From Methanothermus fervidus DSM 2088 (GTDB lineage Archaea > Methanobacteriota > Methanobacteria > DSM-2088 > Methanothermaceae), in NCBI GenBank assembly GCA_000166095.1, contig CP002278.1, positions 1,200,001-1,232,000 on the forward strand: DNA of 32,000 bases, given 5' to 3'. The notes beneath the pieces are model-generated. The model did no database searches, was not told the origin of the DNA, and saw only the letters and a program-made list of their open reading frames with translations. The first letter of the stretch is position 1, and each line of letters begins with the position of its first letter. Position numbers and translations under genes: made by a program. Below, in pieces: positions 1 through 8,692 of this stretch.

Positions 1-1151
1 TGTGTAATTTTAATCAAAACTTTGGCGTTAGGATCTATTTTTTTCATGTCGGCCTTTCCATTGTTTTTGACCATTGCCTTTATTTTTCCATCACATATTT
101 CAATATCTTCAATTGTTAAATCAACAATTAATGGTTTGTAATCTAAATTAACTTTATTATATGTGTAGGGGATATCTCCAATTCCATCTCCATCGCTATC
201 GTTCCCAAAATAATCTAACCAGTAATTACCTTCGTTAGTAGTGTTCCAATAGTTATTTAATAACTCACCATCTACAGCAATCGAATTATTTAAGAAATAA
301 TTTTTGTATACATAATTTTTTATTCCCTGGATGGAGAGCCCATATTCACAATTTGTAATAGTATTTAAGCAAATTATATTGTTTGTACAGCCGGTTTTGA
401 GTGATATTCCTTTATTGCACCCAGCTATATAATTATCAGAAATAGTACAGTTTCTTGCCCCTCCTGTTGCACCGAGATATATACCATTGAAGCTACATAA
501 GAGAACAACATTTTTTTGGATAATACAGTTATTAGCACAATCAAGGGCAATTCCACATTTACATGATCTAATTATATTTTCAGATATTTCACAAGAATCA
601 GTGGATCCACCTAATGTTCCTAAATGTATTCCCGCATATTTACATTTCATAATATTATTTCCAATTATCTTGTAATTTTTTGAAAATCCATAAGTAAATA
701 TTCCTCCAATGATGGTATTATTTTCTATTTTCCAATCCCTTGTGGTTCCATTGATACATATACCACTTCCTGGTTCCTCAGCAGATGTATAAATTATGTT
801 GTTCCGTATTACACAATTACTTGCATTTAACGCCATTATGGCATAAATACCATTCGTATTAATAATGAAACCTTCTATTGTTATATTATCTGTATTTATG
901 TAAATAGTGGGAATTGATGGATCCTTAGCTATTATTTTTGCTTTCCCATCGCCTTCCAATGTTATAGATTTGTTAATAACAATGTTTTCACAATATTCTC
1001 CAGGCTTAACAAAAATAATATGCCCATCTTTTGTATCATAATCATCTATTGCAGACTGAATTGACGTAAATGTTTTGTTGTTATTTAGATTTACAACTTC
1101 TGCATGAGCTATAGAAGTTCCTAAAAAACAGATTAAAGCAATAATTAACAT
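1..1151 (-). CDS. Secreted right-handed parallel beta-helix protein (NosD/CASH/PbH1-repeat type) followed by a CARDB-like domain; 3' end lies beyond the window
   Basis: Not in the supplied ORF track because it runs off the left edge. I translated the minus strand from the ATG at 1151-1149 down to position 2 and found no stop. N-terminus MLIIALICFLGTSIAHA/EVV looks like a signal peptide. It is followed by repeated short N/G/I/C-rich turns (NCVIRNNII, CEISENIIRSCKCGIAL, NCIIQKNVV, NCTISDNYIAGCNKGISL, NNIICLNTITNCEYGLSI), then NYWLDYFGNDSDGDGIGDIPY, then DLTIEDIEICDGKIKAMVKNNGKAD (CARDB-like). GGAGGTG lies 17 nt upstream of the ATG. An in-frame ATT 5 nt after the RBS would add a KKI n-region, so the exact start is uncertain. 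Confidence 0.7.
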   Translation of the reverse strand, partial: MLIIALICFLGTSIAHAEVVNLNNNKTFTSIQSAIDDYDTKDGHIIFVKPGEYCENIVINKSITLEGDGKAKIIAKDPSIPTIYINTDNITIEGFIINTNGIYAIMALNASNCVIRNNIIYTSAEEPGSGICINGTTRDWKIENNTIIGGIFTYGFSKNYKIIGNNIMKCKYAGIHLGTLGGSTDSCEISENIIRSCKCGIALDCANNCIIQKNVVLLCSFNGIYLGATGGARNCTISDNYIAGCNKGISLKTGCTNNIICLNTITNCEYGLSIQGIKNYVYKNYFLNNSIAVDGELLNNYWNTTNEGNYWLDYFGNDSDGDGIGDIPYTYNKVNLDYKPLIVDLTIEDIEICDGKIKAMVKNNGKADMKKIDPNAKVLIKIT

Positions 1152-1208
1152 TATTTTTTTAATAGTTTCACCTCCAAATAAGTTTTGTTTAAATTTATAC
1201 AAGAAAAC

Positions 1209-1216
1209 TTTATATA
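1209..1216. promoter_or_regulatory. Archaeal TATA box (TTTATATA) in the divergent intergenic region between the beta-helix gene and the CobN-like gene
   Basis: TTTATATA at 1209-1216 is preceded by a purine-rich AGAAAAC (BRE-like) and lies about 55 nt upstream of the 1271 ATG, which has a GGTGA RBS at 1262-1266. The element is near-palindromic (TATATATA). A second TATAAAT is readable on the minus strand near 1192-1200, so the 119-bp spacer probably carries both divergent promoters. Confidence 0.35.
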
Positions 1217-1270
1217 TAACTTTCTTGAGATATATTCAAATAGTTTTGAAAATAGATAAATGGTGAGAAA

Positions 1271-4200
1271 ATGAAGGCAAAATCATTTTTAATAATACTT
1301 ACATTGATTATAGCTTTCATCATTAATATTTCACCAGTTTTAGGAATAGAAGTCAAAGGATCTGTGAAGGAAATTTATAATGAAACATCGGACACATACG
1401 TAACTTTAGAAAATGCAATACCTGTCAAAGATGCTAATATAACTTTAATAAAAGACAATGTTGTCCTAAATAAAACTACAACTGATAACAATGGGAAATA
1501 TTTAATAACAGCAAATGCTACTCCGCCCTTAATACTAAAAATAGAATATTCAACATATAAACCAGCGATATTTACTGTAAATAAAGATTGTGAAATAAAT
1601 CATGTTTTTATTCCAGATATTGTAATAATAGGTTGTCCAAAACCATTTGGAGTAGAATTAAGTAAGAGATTAATGTTTTATGATCCTTGGATGCCTGGAG
1701 CTGAAAAAGATTGTTGGATTTTAGAACATGCAAATTTTGCTTTTTTATACATGCAAACACCAGGTACCGGTCAGAAAGACTTTTGGATTCAATATCTTGG
1801 TAATAGTCCTGCTAATAAAACAGGACATATAGCTGCATATGCTGGAATGGGAGAAGAAAGGTATTTCAACATAATTGGGGGTAGTAAAAATTCACTAGAA
1901 AATACATATCTTGCCAGTTATTATGTTTTGGCATCTGGAAATGCTACAAAGATTAATTATGATAGAATGGTCAAATACATAAGTTATTTATTAAATGAAA
2001 CAACTTACAATCCAATAGAGCACGATGAAGTTCCCATATTTGCTGGTGGAGGTACAGCAGGCAGTTGGGGATTATATCATCCTGATCTTGGAACAAGAAC
2101 AGTGTTAGGATATAATTTAACACAACCTAGCCCTAAACAAATAAAACAATGGATAGAGGAGAATCCTGGGTTAGCAATTTCTGGTAACTTAAAATGGCTA
2201 GCAAAATTAAATATGTATCTTGTTTCATCTGGTTTTGCAAAACTTTGTGAAGATTTTGAGAACTGGTATAATAATAATAAACCAAATCTTAAAGGGCCTT
2301 TTATAGTGGTTGTAAGTTATTGGCCAGGTGGTCAAAAAGACCCTACTATAGACATGCTGATTAGAGAATTGGAAAAAAGAGGTAGGCCTGCATTTGATTT
2401 ATATCAGATTGAAACACAGCCACCAGCTAGTAAACTACTGGAATTGATGGTTAAAGGCATTAATGGAACTGGTTTCATAAAAAGAGGAATATCTGCTGTT
2501 ATATCTTTAGTAAGCTGGTCTTTAAACTATGATAATTTACCAGAAGGTGCTGTAAAGGAATATTTAAACATGAATATTCCTATAATTAAAGGAATGGAGT
2601 TGTGGACAAATAATGGTTTAGAAAATCCATTAGGAACGCAGTTTGAATTAACATGGCAAATGGGACTACCATATCGTGAAGGTGTATTTGGTCCTACGCC
2701 AGTGAGTTATAGAGATGAAAGAAGTGGAAGATATATACCAATTGAGACTGGCATTAAGAAAATTGTTGACAATGCAATAAAATGGGCAAAACTAAGAGAA
2801 ATTCCAAATAAAGACAAAAGAATAGCTATAATTATTTACAATTATCCTCCAGGAAAAGATAATTTTGTTGCTTCTTACTTAGACGTTTTCAAAAGTATCC
2901 ATGATCTACTCACAAGACTAAAGGAACTTGGTTATAGTGTTAGTGAAATACCTACACCTGAGGAATTATACAATATAGTGGCTGAAGGTGGAAACAAAGG
3001 TACATGGGCTCAACCTGCACTTGAGAAGTATGTAGATAAAAATTGGAAAAGATTAATGGAAAATAATCAATTAATACCCTTGAATAAATATTTAGAATGG
3101 TTTAATCAATTACCAGATCCAATGAAAAGGAATATAACAGGAAAATGGGGAGAACCTCCTGGAAATATAATGACTGTCACAAGAAATGGCACTAAATACA
3201 TAGTAATTCCAGGCGTAAAACTTGGAAATATATTCATTGCAATACAACCAAGTAGAGGTTGGGAAGAAGTTAAAGATTATCATGATCCTTATTTACCACC
3301 ACATCATCAATATGTTGCATTCTACAAATGGTTGGAAGAAAACTTCGATGCAATGATACATCTTGGTACTCATGGAACATTAGAGTGGTTACCTGGAAGA
3401 ACAACAGGAGTTATAGATTCTGATTATCCATTCCAACTTACATGCTTACCAAACATTTATCCATACATAGTTTCAAATCCAGGAGAAGGTCTTGTTGCTA
3501 AAGATAGAAGTTTTGCAGTAATAATTGATCACATGACGCCTGCTATGGTAGAAAGTGGTTTATATGGAAATCTTTCTGAATTACATGATCTAATACATAG
3601 ATATAATGCAGCATTAGAAGCAGGTGCTTCACAACTATTACCAGAATTAGAAAAAGAAATAATAGAGAAGGCTGCTTCATTAGGATTCAAAAAAGAAGGT
3701 AATTTCACAGATTGGCTTAGAGAATTACATATTCAACTGCATGAAATAGAGAATGATGTTATACCTTTAGGATTACATAGTCTAGGAAAAATACTGGAAG
3801 GAGATGAACTTGTTGAAGAACTATATACAATAGCATCTTCAAGAAGCGACTTAATGGAAAATATAAAGAGAATGATGTATCCAGAAATAAAAGAGAGCTA
3901 CTACGACATAATGTATGATCCAAAATATGAAGACAAAGTCGAAAAAATTAAAGAAAAAGCGAAAGAATGGATAAGAAATATCATAAATGGCAATATACCT
4001 CCAGAAATTAAACCTGATGATTTAAAATTCATAAATGAAACTTTAACAAAAATTAGAGCCAATGAAGAATGGCAAAACCTACTAAATGCATTATCAGGTG
4101 GTTATGTACCTCCCGGACTTGCAGGAGATCCTGCAAGGAGCGATGTTTTACCAACTGGAAGAAACTTTTATCCTTATGATGTTAAAAAAATGCCAACAAA

Positions 4201-5872
4201 AGCTGCATGGGAGTCTGCAAAAAAAATTGTTGATGACATGTTAAGAAAATATTATAAAGAACATGGAAAATTCCCAGAATTAGTTGGAATGGTAATGTGG
4301 GGTACAGAATTACTAAGAACTGAAGCACTTGCAATAGCTGAATTTATGTATCTTTTAGGTGTAAAACCAGATTGGGCACCAAATGGAGACGTTAAAGGTG
4401 TAGTTTTAATGGATCCATCAGAATTTGCAATTGAAATTGATGGTAAAAAAATAATTAGGCCAAGAATAGATGTTTTTACAACTGCTGTGACATATAATCA
4501 AGCATGGATTGATCTAATGAATAAAGCTGTTGAACTAGCTAGCGAAGCTAAAGATGTTGAAAATTATGTTGCTAAACATTATAAAGAATGTAATTCTCTT
4601 GATAGAGTTTTCGGTTTAAGAGGTTATGTATTAGAAGGAACTGGTGTTTGTGATTTGGTTCCACAAACAGGAAAATGGAACACAACTAAAGAGTTGGCAG
4701 ATGTTTATCTTTCTAGAGTTTCTTATGCATGGAAATCTGTTAATGGCGTAATGCAAATGAAACAAAATAAGGACGTATTCCAATATCTATTAAAGAAAAT
4801 GGATATCGCAACACAAACAATCGATAGTACTTGGAGACTTTTTGACACAGACGACTATTATGACTGGTATGGTGGATTAATATTGGCATCAAAGACTTTA
4901 GGTGGAAATCCAGAAACAATGCTCCAAGACATTAGGAATTTAAAATTTACTCAAATAAGATCTCTAAAGGAAGAAGTAGAATTAGAAATAAGATCACAGG
5001 TGTTAAATCCAAAATACATGGAATCATTGCTTAAAACTCCTAGTGGTTGGATGGAATATGCAAAAAGATATGAATACACGGTTGGTATTCATGTAACAAC
5101 AAATTCAGTAAGCAATGAATTATGGAACAAACTAGGAGAAAACTTAATAATGAATTTAAACCCTAAAACAAATTATGAAGCATTTGCAACACAATCAATG
5201 ATTGCATGGGTCCTAGAAATGGAAAGAAGGTCATTAGCATCTCTAAGACCTGAATTAAAAGTTGCCCTTGCTAATAAATATATAACTTTAGCCGTTAAAT
5301 ATGGACCAGTATGTTGTCACCATACATGTGCAAATATAAACTTTAATCTTTGGGTAATTCAAACATCTAACTTACCTCTATCATACCTCCAAAAATTCGC
5401 AGCCGCATTTGCAGAAACTACTGGAGTTAAGTTATCAATTCCAGGAGCTCCAACAACACCACAACCTTCAGTCCCTGGAATATCAATAACAGTCCCTGGA
5501 ATTCCAACATCCATTCCAGGAGCACCATCACAACTAGGAGCTCCAACTGCATTAGGAAGAGTAGGAATTGGAACTGCAGCAACAAGGGGAGTTTCACCAG
5601 GAATTTCAGGTCCTTCAGGTAGAGTTGGCGGTGAAATTGGTACAAGAGGAGCAGCTCAAGCTGCTGGAGCTGCAAGTAAATCCTCATCAGAATCAGGTGC
5701 TACAGGTAAAGCAGGAATTACAGGTGCTGCAGCAGGAAAAGCATATGAGATTACACCAGTGTCTAAAGGAATTGGAAGTCCATCATCAGTGCCATTCGCA
5801 GGAATAATCGGAGTTATAATATTGATTGCATTAATAGCAGTAGGATATCTATTGAGAAGGCCTAAATATTAG
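1271..5872 (+). CDS. CobN/BchH-family chelatase-like protein, predicted extracellular: signal peptide + CarboxypepD_reg-like beta-sandwich + CobN core + P/G/A/S-rich linker + C-terminal TM anchor
   Basis: 1533-aa ORF. CobN-family signature stretches are present: MIHLGTHGTLEWLPGR, SDVLPTGRNFYPYD, and ALAIAEFMYLLGVKP with IRPRIDVF. The N-terminus MKAKSFLIILTLIIAFIINISPVLG/IEV has the n-h-c organisation of a signal peptide. Residues about 26-112 (TTTDNNGKYLITA...YKPAIFTV) look like a carboxypeptidase-regulatory-like domain. The C-terminus is ...SSVPFAGIIGVIILIALIAVGYLLRRPKY. Confidence 0.85.
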   Translation: MKAKSFLIILTLIIAFIINISPVLGIEVKGSVKEIYNETSDTYVTLENAIPVKDANITLIKDNVVLNKTTTDNNGKYLITANATPPLILKIEYSTYKPAIFTVNKDCEINHVFIPDIVIIGCPKPFGVELSKRLMFYDPWMPGAEKDCWILEHANFAFLYMQTPGTGQKDFWIQYLGNSPANKTGHIAAYAGMGEERYFNIIGGSKNSLENTYLASYYVLASGNATKINYDRMVKYISYLLNETTYNPIEHDEVPIFAGGGTAGSWGLYHPDLGTRTVLGYNLTQPSPKQIKQWIEENPGLAISGNLKWLAKLNMYLVSSGFAKLCEDFENWYNNNKPNLKGPFIVVVSYWPGGQKDPTIDMLIRELEKRGRPAFDLYQIETQPPASKLLELMVKGINGTGFIKRGISAVISLVSWSLNYDNLPEGAVKEYLNMNIPIIKGMELWTNNGLENPLGTQFELTWQMGLPYREGVFGPTPVSYRDERSGRYIPIETGIKKIVDNAIKWAKLREIPNKDKRIAIIIYNYPPGKDNFVASYLDVFKSIHDLLTRLKELGYSVSEIPTPEELYNIVAEGGNKGTWAQPALEKYVDKNWKRLMENNQLIPLNKYLEWFNQLPDPMKRNITGKWGEPPGNIMTVTRNGTKYIVIPGVKLGNIFIAIQPSRGWEEVKDYHDPYLPPHHQYVAFYKWLEENFDAMIHLGTHGTLEWLPGRTTGVIDSDYPFQLTCLPNIYPYIVSNPGEGLVAKDRSFAVIIDHMTPAMVESGLYGNLSELHDLIHRYNAALEAGASQLLPELEKEIIEKAASLGFKKEGNFTDWLRELHIQLHEIENDVIPLGLHSLGKILEGDELVEELYTIASSRSDLMENIKRMMYPEIKESYYDIMYDPKYEDKVEKIKEKAKEWIRNIINGNIPPEIKPDDLKFINETLTKIRANEEWQNLLNALSGGYVPPGLAGDPARSDVLPTGRNFYPYDVKKMPTKAAWESAKKIVDDMLRKYYKEHGKFPELVGMVMWGTELLRTEALAIAEFMYLLGVKPDWAPNGDVKGVVLMDPSEFAIEIDGKKIIRPRIDVFTTAVTYNQAWIDLMNKAVELASEAKDVENYVAKHYKECNSLDRVFGLRGYVLEGTGVCDLVPQTGKWNTTKELADVYLSRVSYAWKSVNGVMQMKQNKDVFQYLLKKMDIATQTIDSTWRLFDTDDYYDWYGGLILASKTLGGNPETMLQDIRNLKFTQIRSLKEEVELEIRSQVLNPKYMESLLKTPSGWMEYAKRYEYTVGIHVTTNSVSNELWNKLGENLIMNLNPKTNYEAFATQSMIAWVLEMERRSLASLRPELKVALANKYITLAVKYGPVCCHHTCANINFNLWVIQTSNLPLSYLQKFAAAFAETTGVKLSIPGAPTTPQPSVPGISITVPGIPTSIPGAPSQLGAPTALGRVGIGTAATRGVSPGISGPSGRVGGEIGTRGAAQAAGAASKSSSESGATGKAGITGAAAGKAYEITPVSKGIGSPSSVPFAGIIGVIILIALIAVGYLLRRPKY
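5430..5790 (+). repeat. Low-complexity, GC-enriched P/G/A/S/T-rich linker-coding region with imperfect short repeats (xPGxP units)
   Basis: The DNA repeats attccaggagc(t/a)cca and gtccctggaat. The protein reads IPGAPTTPQPSVPGISITVPGIPTSIPGAPSQLGAPTALG..., followed by G/A/S/T-rich sequence. Lack of stop codons here creates shadow ORFs in other frames (5427..5687 -, 5568..5807 +). Confidence 0.6.
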
Positions 5873-5901
5873 TTCATTTTTATTTTTATCTCCCTATTAA
5901 T

Positions 5902-6306
5902 TCAAAAAGTTCCAAAAATTTTGTGATAATAATTTACAGCTTTCATTGGACAGGTTATCACACAACATCCACATCCAACACATTTTTCATCGTCTATTTC
6001 AACTGTCCAGTCATCTTTTATACTTATAGCTCCAACAGGACAAATTGAAACACATGCTCCACAATCAATACACTTTTCTTTGTCTTTCCTCACAACGTCC
6101 TTTGCAATCTCAACAATTATTCCCCTATTTTTTAGGTATTCTATACTTTCCTTTTTTCTTTTACCTAATATTTCAGCTAAAATTTTACCGCCACTTGATG
6201 TAATATGGGCATGCAAAATATTAAAATCTATGTCATATTTTTTTATTGCGTCGGATATAACAGGTTTTTTTATTATTTCTTTTGAAAAATATAACCATAC
6301 TCTCAT
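5902..6306 (-). CDS. NIL domain + 2x[4Fe-4S] ferredoxin-domain protein, partner of the COG1900 homocysteine-biosynthesis enzyme (MA1822/MJ0099 type)
   Basis: The N-terminal half ([33 protein letters not shown]) is NIL-like. Two ferredoxin cysteine motifs are present: [12 protein letters not shown] and [12 protein letters not shown]. The gene lies immediately downstream of the COG1900 gene, overlapping it by 4 nt. Confidence 0.8.
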   Translation of the reverse strand: MRVWLYFSKEIIKKPVISDAIKKYDIDFNILHAHITSSGGKILAEILGKRKKESIEYLKNRGIIVEIAKDVVRKDKEKCIDCGACVSICPVGAISIKDDWTVEIDDEKCVGCGCCVITCPMKAVNYYHKIFGTF

Positions 6307-7835
6307 TTCTTTTCCCTACCAATTATACGTGATATATCTTCAGCAGTAACTATTCCTATTACTCTATTATCTTTATCGACAACTGGAAGTCCTGAAATGT
6401 TATATTTATCCATACGACGTGCAGCGACATCTATTGGCTCATTTTCTTTAGCAGTTATTACCCTTTTTGTCATGATTTCTTCTAATTTTTTAGTACCTTC
6501 AGCAACAGCATTTGCTATATCCCATGATGTAACTATTCCCCTAAGTTTATTATTTTTGTCAACTATTGGAACATGATTTATATTATTTTCCACAATTTTC
6601 TTTGCCACACTTTCCACACTTTCTGAAATACTAGCTACAATGGCAGGCTTGGTCTCAACATCTTTAACCAGTATTAATGGTTTTTTAATTTTCAGTGGTT
6701 TTAATTCCTTAGGTTTTTTAGGTAGAGGTTTTACATATTCTGACAGTGTAAATTCTCCTTTTTCTATCAATTTTTTTAATTCTTCAGCAACTTCCATCGC
6801 CATCTTATAAGATGATAAAGGTGATGTTGGTACTTCCTTATCATCTATAATTACTTTTCCAGATTTTAATTCCTCATAATTTGTTTCAGCAACTACAGGT
6901 CTATCTCTACTTGGCACGCCATAGTCAATTATCTTACACTTTATATCTTTATCACTTACTCCAGTTCTTAAGGCAATTTTTTCATTTAAGACAGGAATTG
7001 GTATTCCAACTCCTAAATAAATTGTTGGTCCATACTTATGTATAGTAGCTCCTCTTACAAACTTAGGATCCATGTCTTTCATGTCCGCTTTTAGCATTAA
7101 TGTTCCTGCAGGAGAAACTGGGATATCTTTGTGTCTTTCTACGCCAACTCTATGTTGTGTTCCCTCTCCAACAACATATCCTTGAGCACCTGCAAGAAAT
7201 ACTTTTGTTCCTATTCCTATACATTCAAAATATGGATCATTGAGCAGTGGACTTAATTCACCTGCGCTTGAGTAGGTTACATTGCCAAAATTGGGAAGTA
7301 AGGTACCCATATAGGTATATAGTGTTTCATTGCTAGAATTAGTTGCGGCAGCATAATTTTGGTAACAATTTCTTGGGTTTACCATTATTGCTTGGTTTAT
7401 TTCAGATAAAGAAATTGCAGTTTCTATTTTTTTTAATGGATAACAATCTGTTCCAAAACCTTCTGCCACAAGTTCAACTTCTTTGCCTTTTATAAGGTCC
7501 TCTATTACGTGGCCTCCACCATAATCAAATTTTTTTTCAGGATCAATATTAGGTTGTGCAGCACCTATATAAATATCTACAGCAGCTATACCAGCGTAAG
7601 CCTCTACTCCATTCAAATAAGCCCTTTTAATTTTTATTGGAGGTTCTGCATGGCCTAAATTTAAAAATGCTCCTGAAGAACACATTGCACCAAAAGTTCC
7701 AGTAGTAACTACATCAATTTCTTTAGCAGCTTTTTTTGCGCCATCATCTCTTACAATTTCAACCATTTCAGATGCTGTAACTACTACTGCATCTCCATTT
7801 TTTATTTTTTGGTTTATTTCTTCTAATGATTTCAA
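6303..7835 (-). CDS. L-aspartate-semialdehyde sulfurtransferase / homocysteine biosynthesis protein (COG1900, DUF39) with two C-terminal CBS domains (MJ0100/MA1821 type)
   Basis: 510 aa. [37 protein letters not shown] and [22 protein letters not shown] match my memory of the MJ0100 family. The C-terminal [18 protein letters not shown] and [19 protein letters not shown] form a CBS pair. Confidence 0.85.
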   Translation of the reverse strand: MKSLEEINQKIKNGDAVVVTASEMVEIVRDDGAKKAAKEIDVVTTGTFGAMCSSGAFLNLGHAEPPIKIKRAYLNGVEAYAGIAAVDIYIGAAQPNIDPEKKFDYGGGHVIEDLIKGKEVELVAEGFGTDCYPLKKIETAISLSEINQAIMVNPRNCYQNYAAATNSSNETLYTYMGTLLPNFGNVTYSSAGELSPLLNDPYFECIGIGTKVFLAGAQGYVVGEGTQHRVGVERHKDIPVSPAGTLMLKADMKDMDPKFVRGATIHKYGPTIYLGVGIPIPVLNEKIALRTGVSDKDIKCKIIDYGVPSRDRPVVAETNYEELKSGKVIIDDKEVPTSPLSSYKMAMEVAEELKKLIEKGEFTLSEYVKPLPKKPKELKPLKIKKPLILVKDVETKPAIVASISESVESVAKKIVENNINHVPIVDKNNKLRGIVTSWDIANAVAEGTKKLEEIMTKRVITAKENEPIDVAARRMDKYNISGLPVVDKDNRVIGIVTAEDISRIIGREKK

Positions 7836-7855
7836 ATGTAATCCCTTCTATGTAA

Positions 7856-8506
7856 TTATCCAGAAAATAAATTTGTTACTTCTTGTATTGCATCTGATTT
7901 TGCTAAAACCAATAATCTATCGTTTTCTTTAATTTTTGTATTAGGTTGAGGAATTTTTATTTCATCGTTACTATAAATTGCAGCTATGATGTAATCTTTT
8001 GTTGGCGATAACTCCTCTACATTTTTTCCTACAACTTCTTTGTTTTTTACAACTAGTTCTAATATTTCTGCTTCACCCCTACCTAATACAATGAGATCAA
8101 CTACTTTTGGACGTGTTATATATTTTTCAAGATATCCTGCTGCACTTCTTTCAGGACTTATAACGTGATCTATACCTACATCTCGGAATGTATCTTCATT
8201 TTCTGGATTGTTTACTCGTGCAATAGTTTTTGGAACATTGTATTTTTTTGCAAGGATACATCCCATAAGATTTGCTTCATCACTACCAGTTGCTGCAACA
8301 AAAACATCAGCATTTTCAATGCCAGCACTTTCTAAAATATTTCTTTCTGTTCCTTTACCACAAATTACTGGAATGTTTAATTCAGATTCTAATTTCTTAC
8401 ATCTCTCTTTGTCTCTTTCTATAACAGTTACTTCATGTCCATCGGATGTTAAAAGGTCTGCAAGTGTTGAACCTACTCTACCTCCACCCATTATCACAAC
8501 ATACAT
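7856..8506 (-). CDS. trkA: TrkA-type K+ transport NAD-binding (RCK) protein, TrkA-N + TrkA-C domains
   Basis: 216 aa. The Rossmann motif is MYVVIMGGGRVGSTLADLL. The C-terminal half carries an RCK_C-like EAEILELVV...NDRLLVLA. Confidence 0.8.
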   Translation of the reverse strand: MYVVIMGGGRVGSTLADLLTSDGHEVTVIERDKERCKKLESELNIPVICGKGTERNILESAGIENADVFVAATGSDEANLMGCILAKKYNVPKTIARVNNPENEDTFRDVGIDHVISPERSAAGYLEKYITRPKVVDLIVLGRGEAEILELVVKNKEVVGKNVEELSPTKDYIIAAIYSNDEIKIPQPNTKIKENDRLLVLAKSDAIQEVTNLFSG

Positions 8507-8692
8507 TTTTTCACCTTTCTTTTTTACTAAAAAATCTGGTAAAATAAATTTATCAAAATGAAAAATCTTCTTTTTTAACTGTATTAGTGATTTTGAAGTG
8601 AAAAAATTATTTAAGTTTTTTCATTGAAAATAATAATTCTCTACACAAATAGACTAAAAAATCATTGACAAATAAATTACACATTGAGGGGT

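Noticed and set aside
487-675. 62-aa plus-strand ORF, the only track ORF in the first 1.2 kb
   Set aside because: The region is fully covered by an open minus-strand frame encoding a beta-helix protein with a signal peptide. The plus-strand ORF is a shadow.
5427-5807. Two overlapping ORFs in other frames and strands (5427..5687 -, 5568..5807 +) with Q/L/E-rich repetitive translations
   Set aside because: They lie entirely inside the GC-enriched, stop-codon-poor low-complexity tail of the CobN-like gene. They are shadow ORFs with no RBS or independent signal.
8507-8692. Three loosely similar tgaaaaa(t/a) motifs in the trkA/TldD divergent intergenic region, as possible regulator sites
   Set aside because: The motifs are short, A/T-rich and imperfect. 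They are expected by chance in about 70 percent A+T intergenic DNA, and no dyad symmetry was found.
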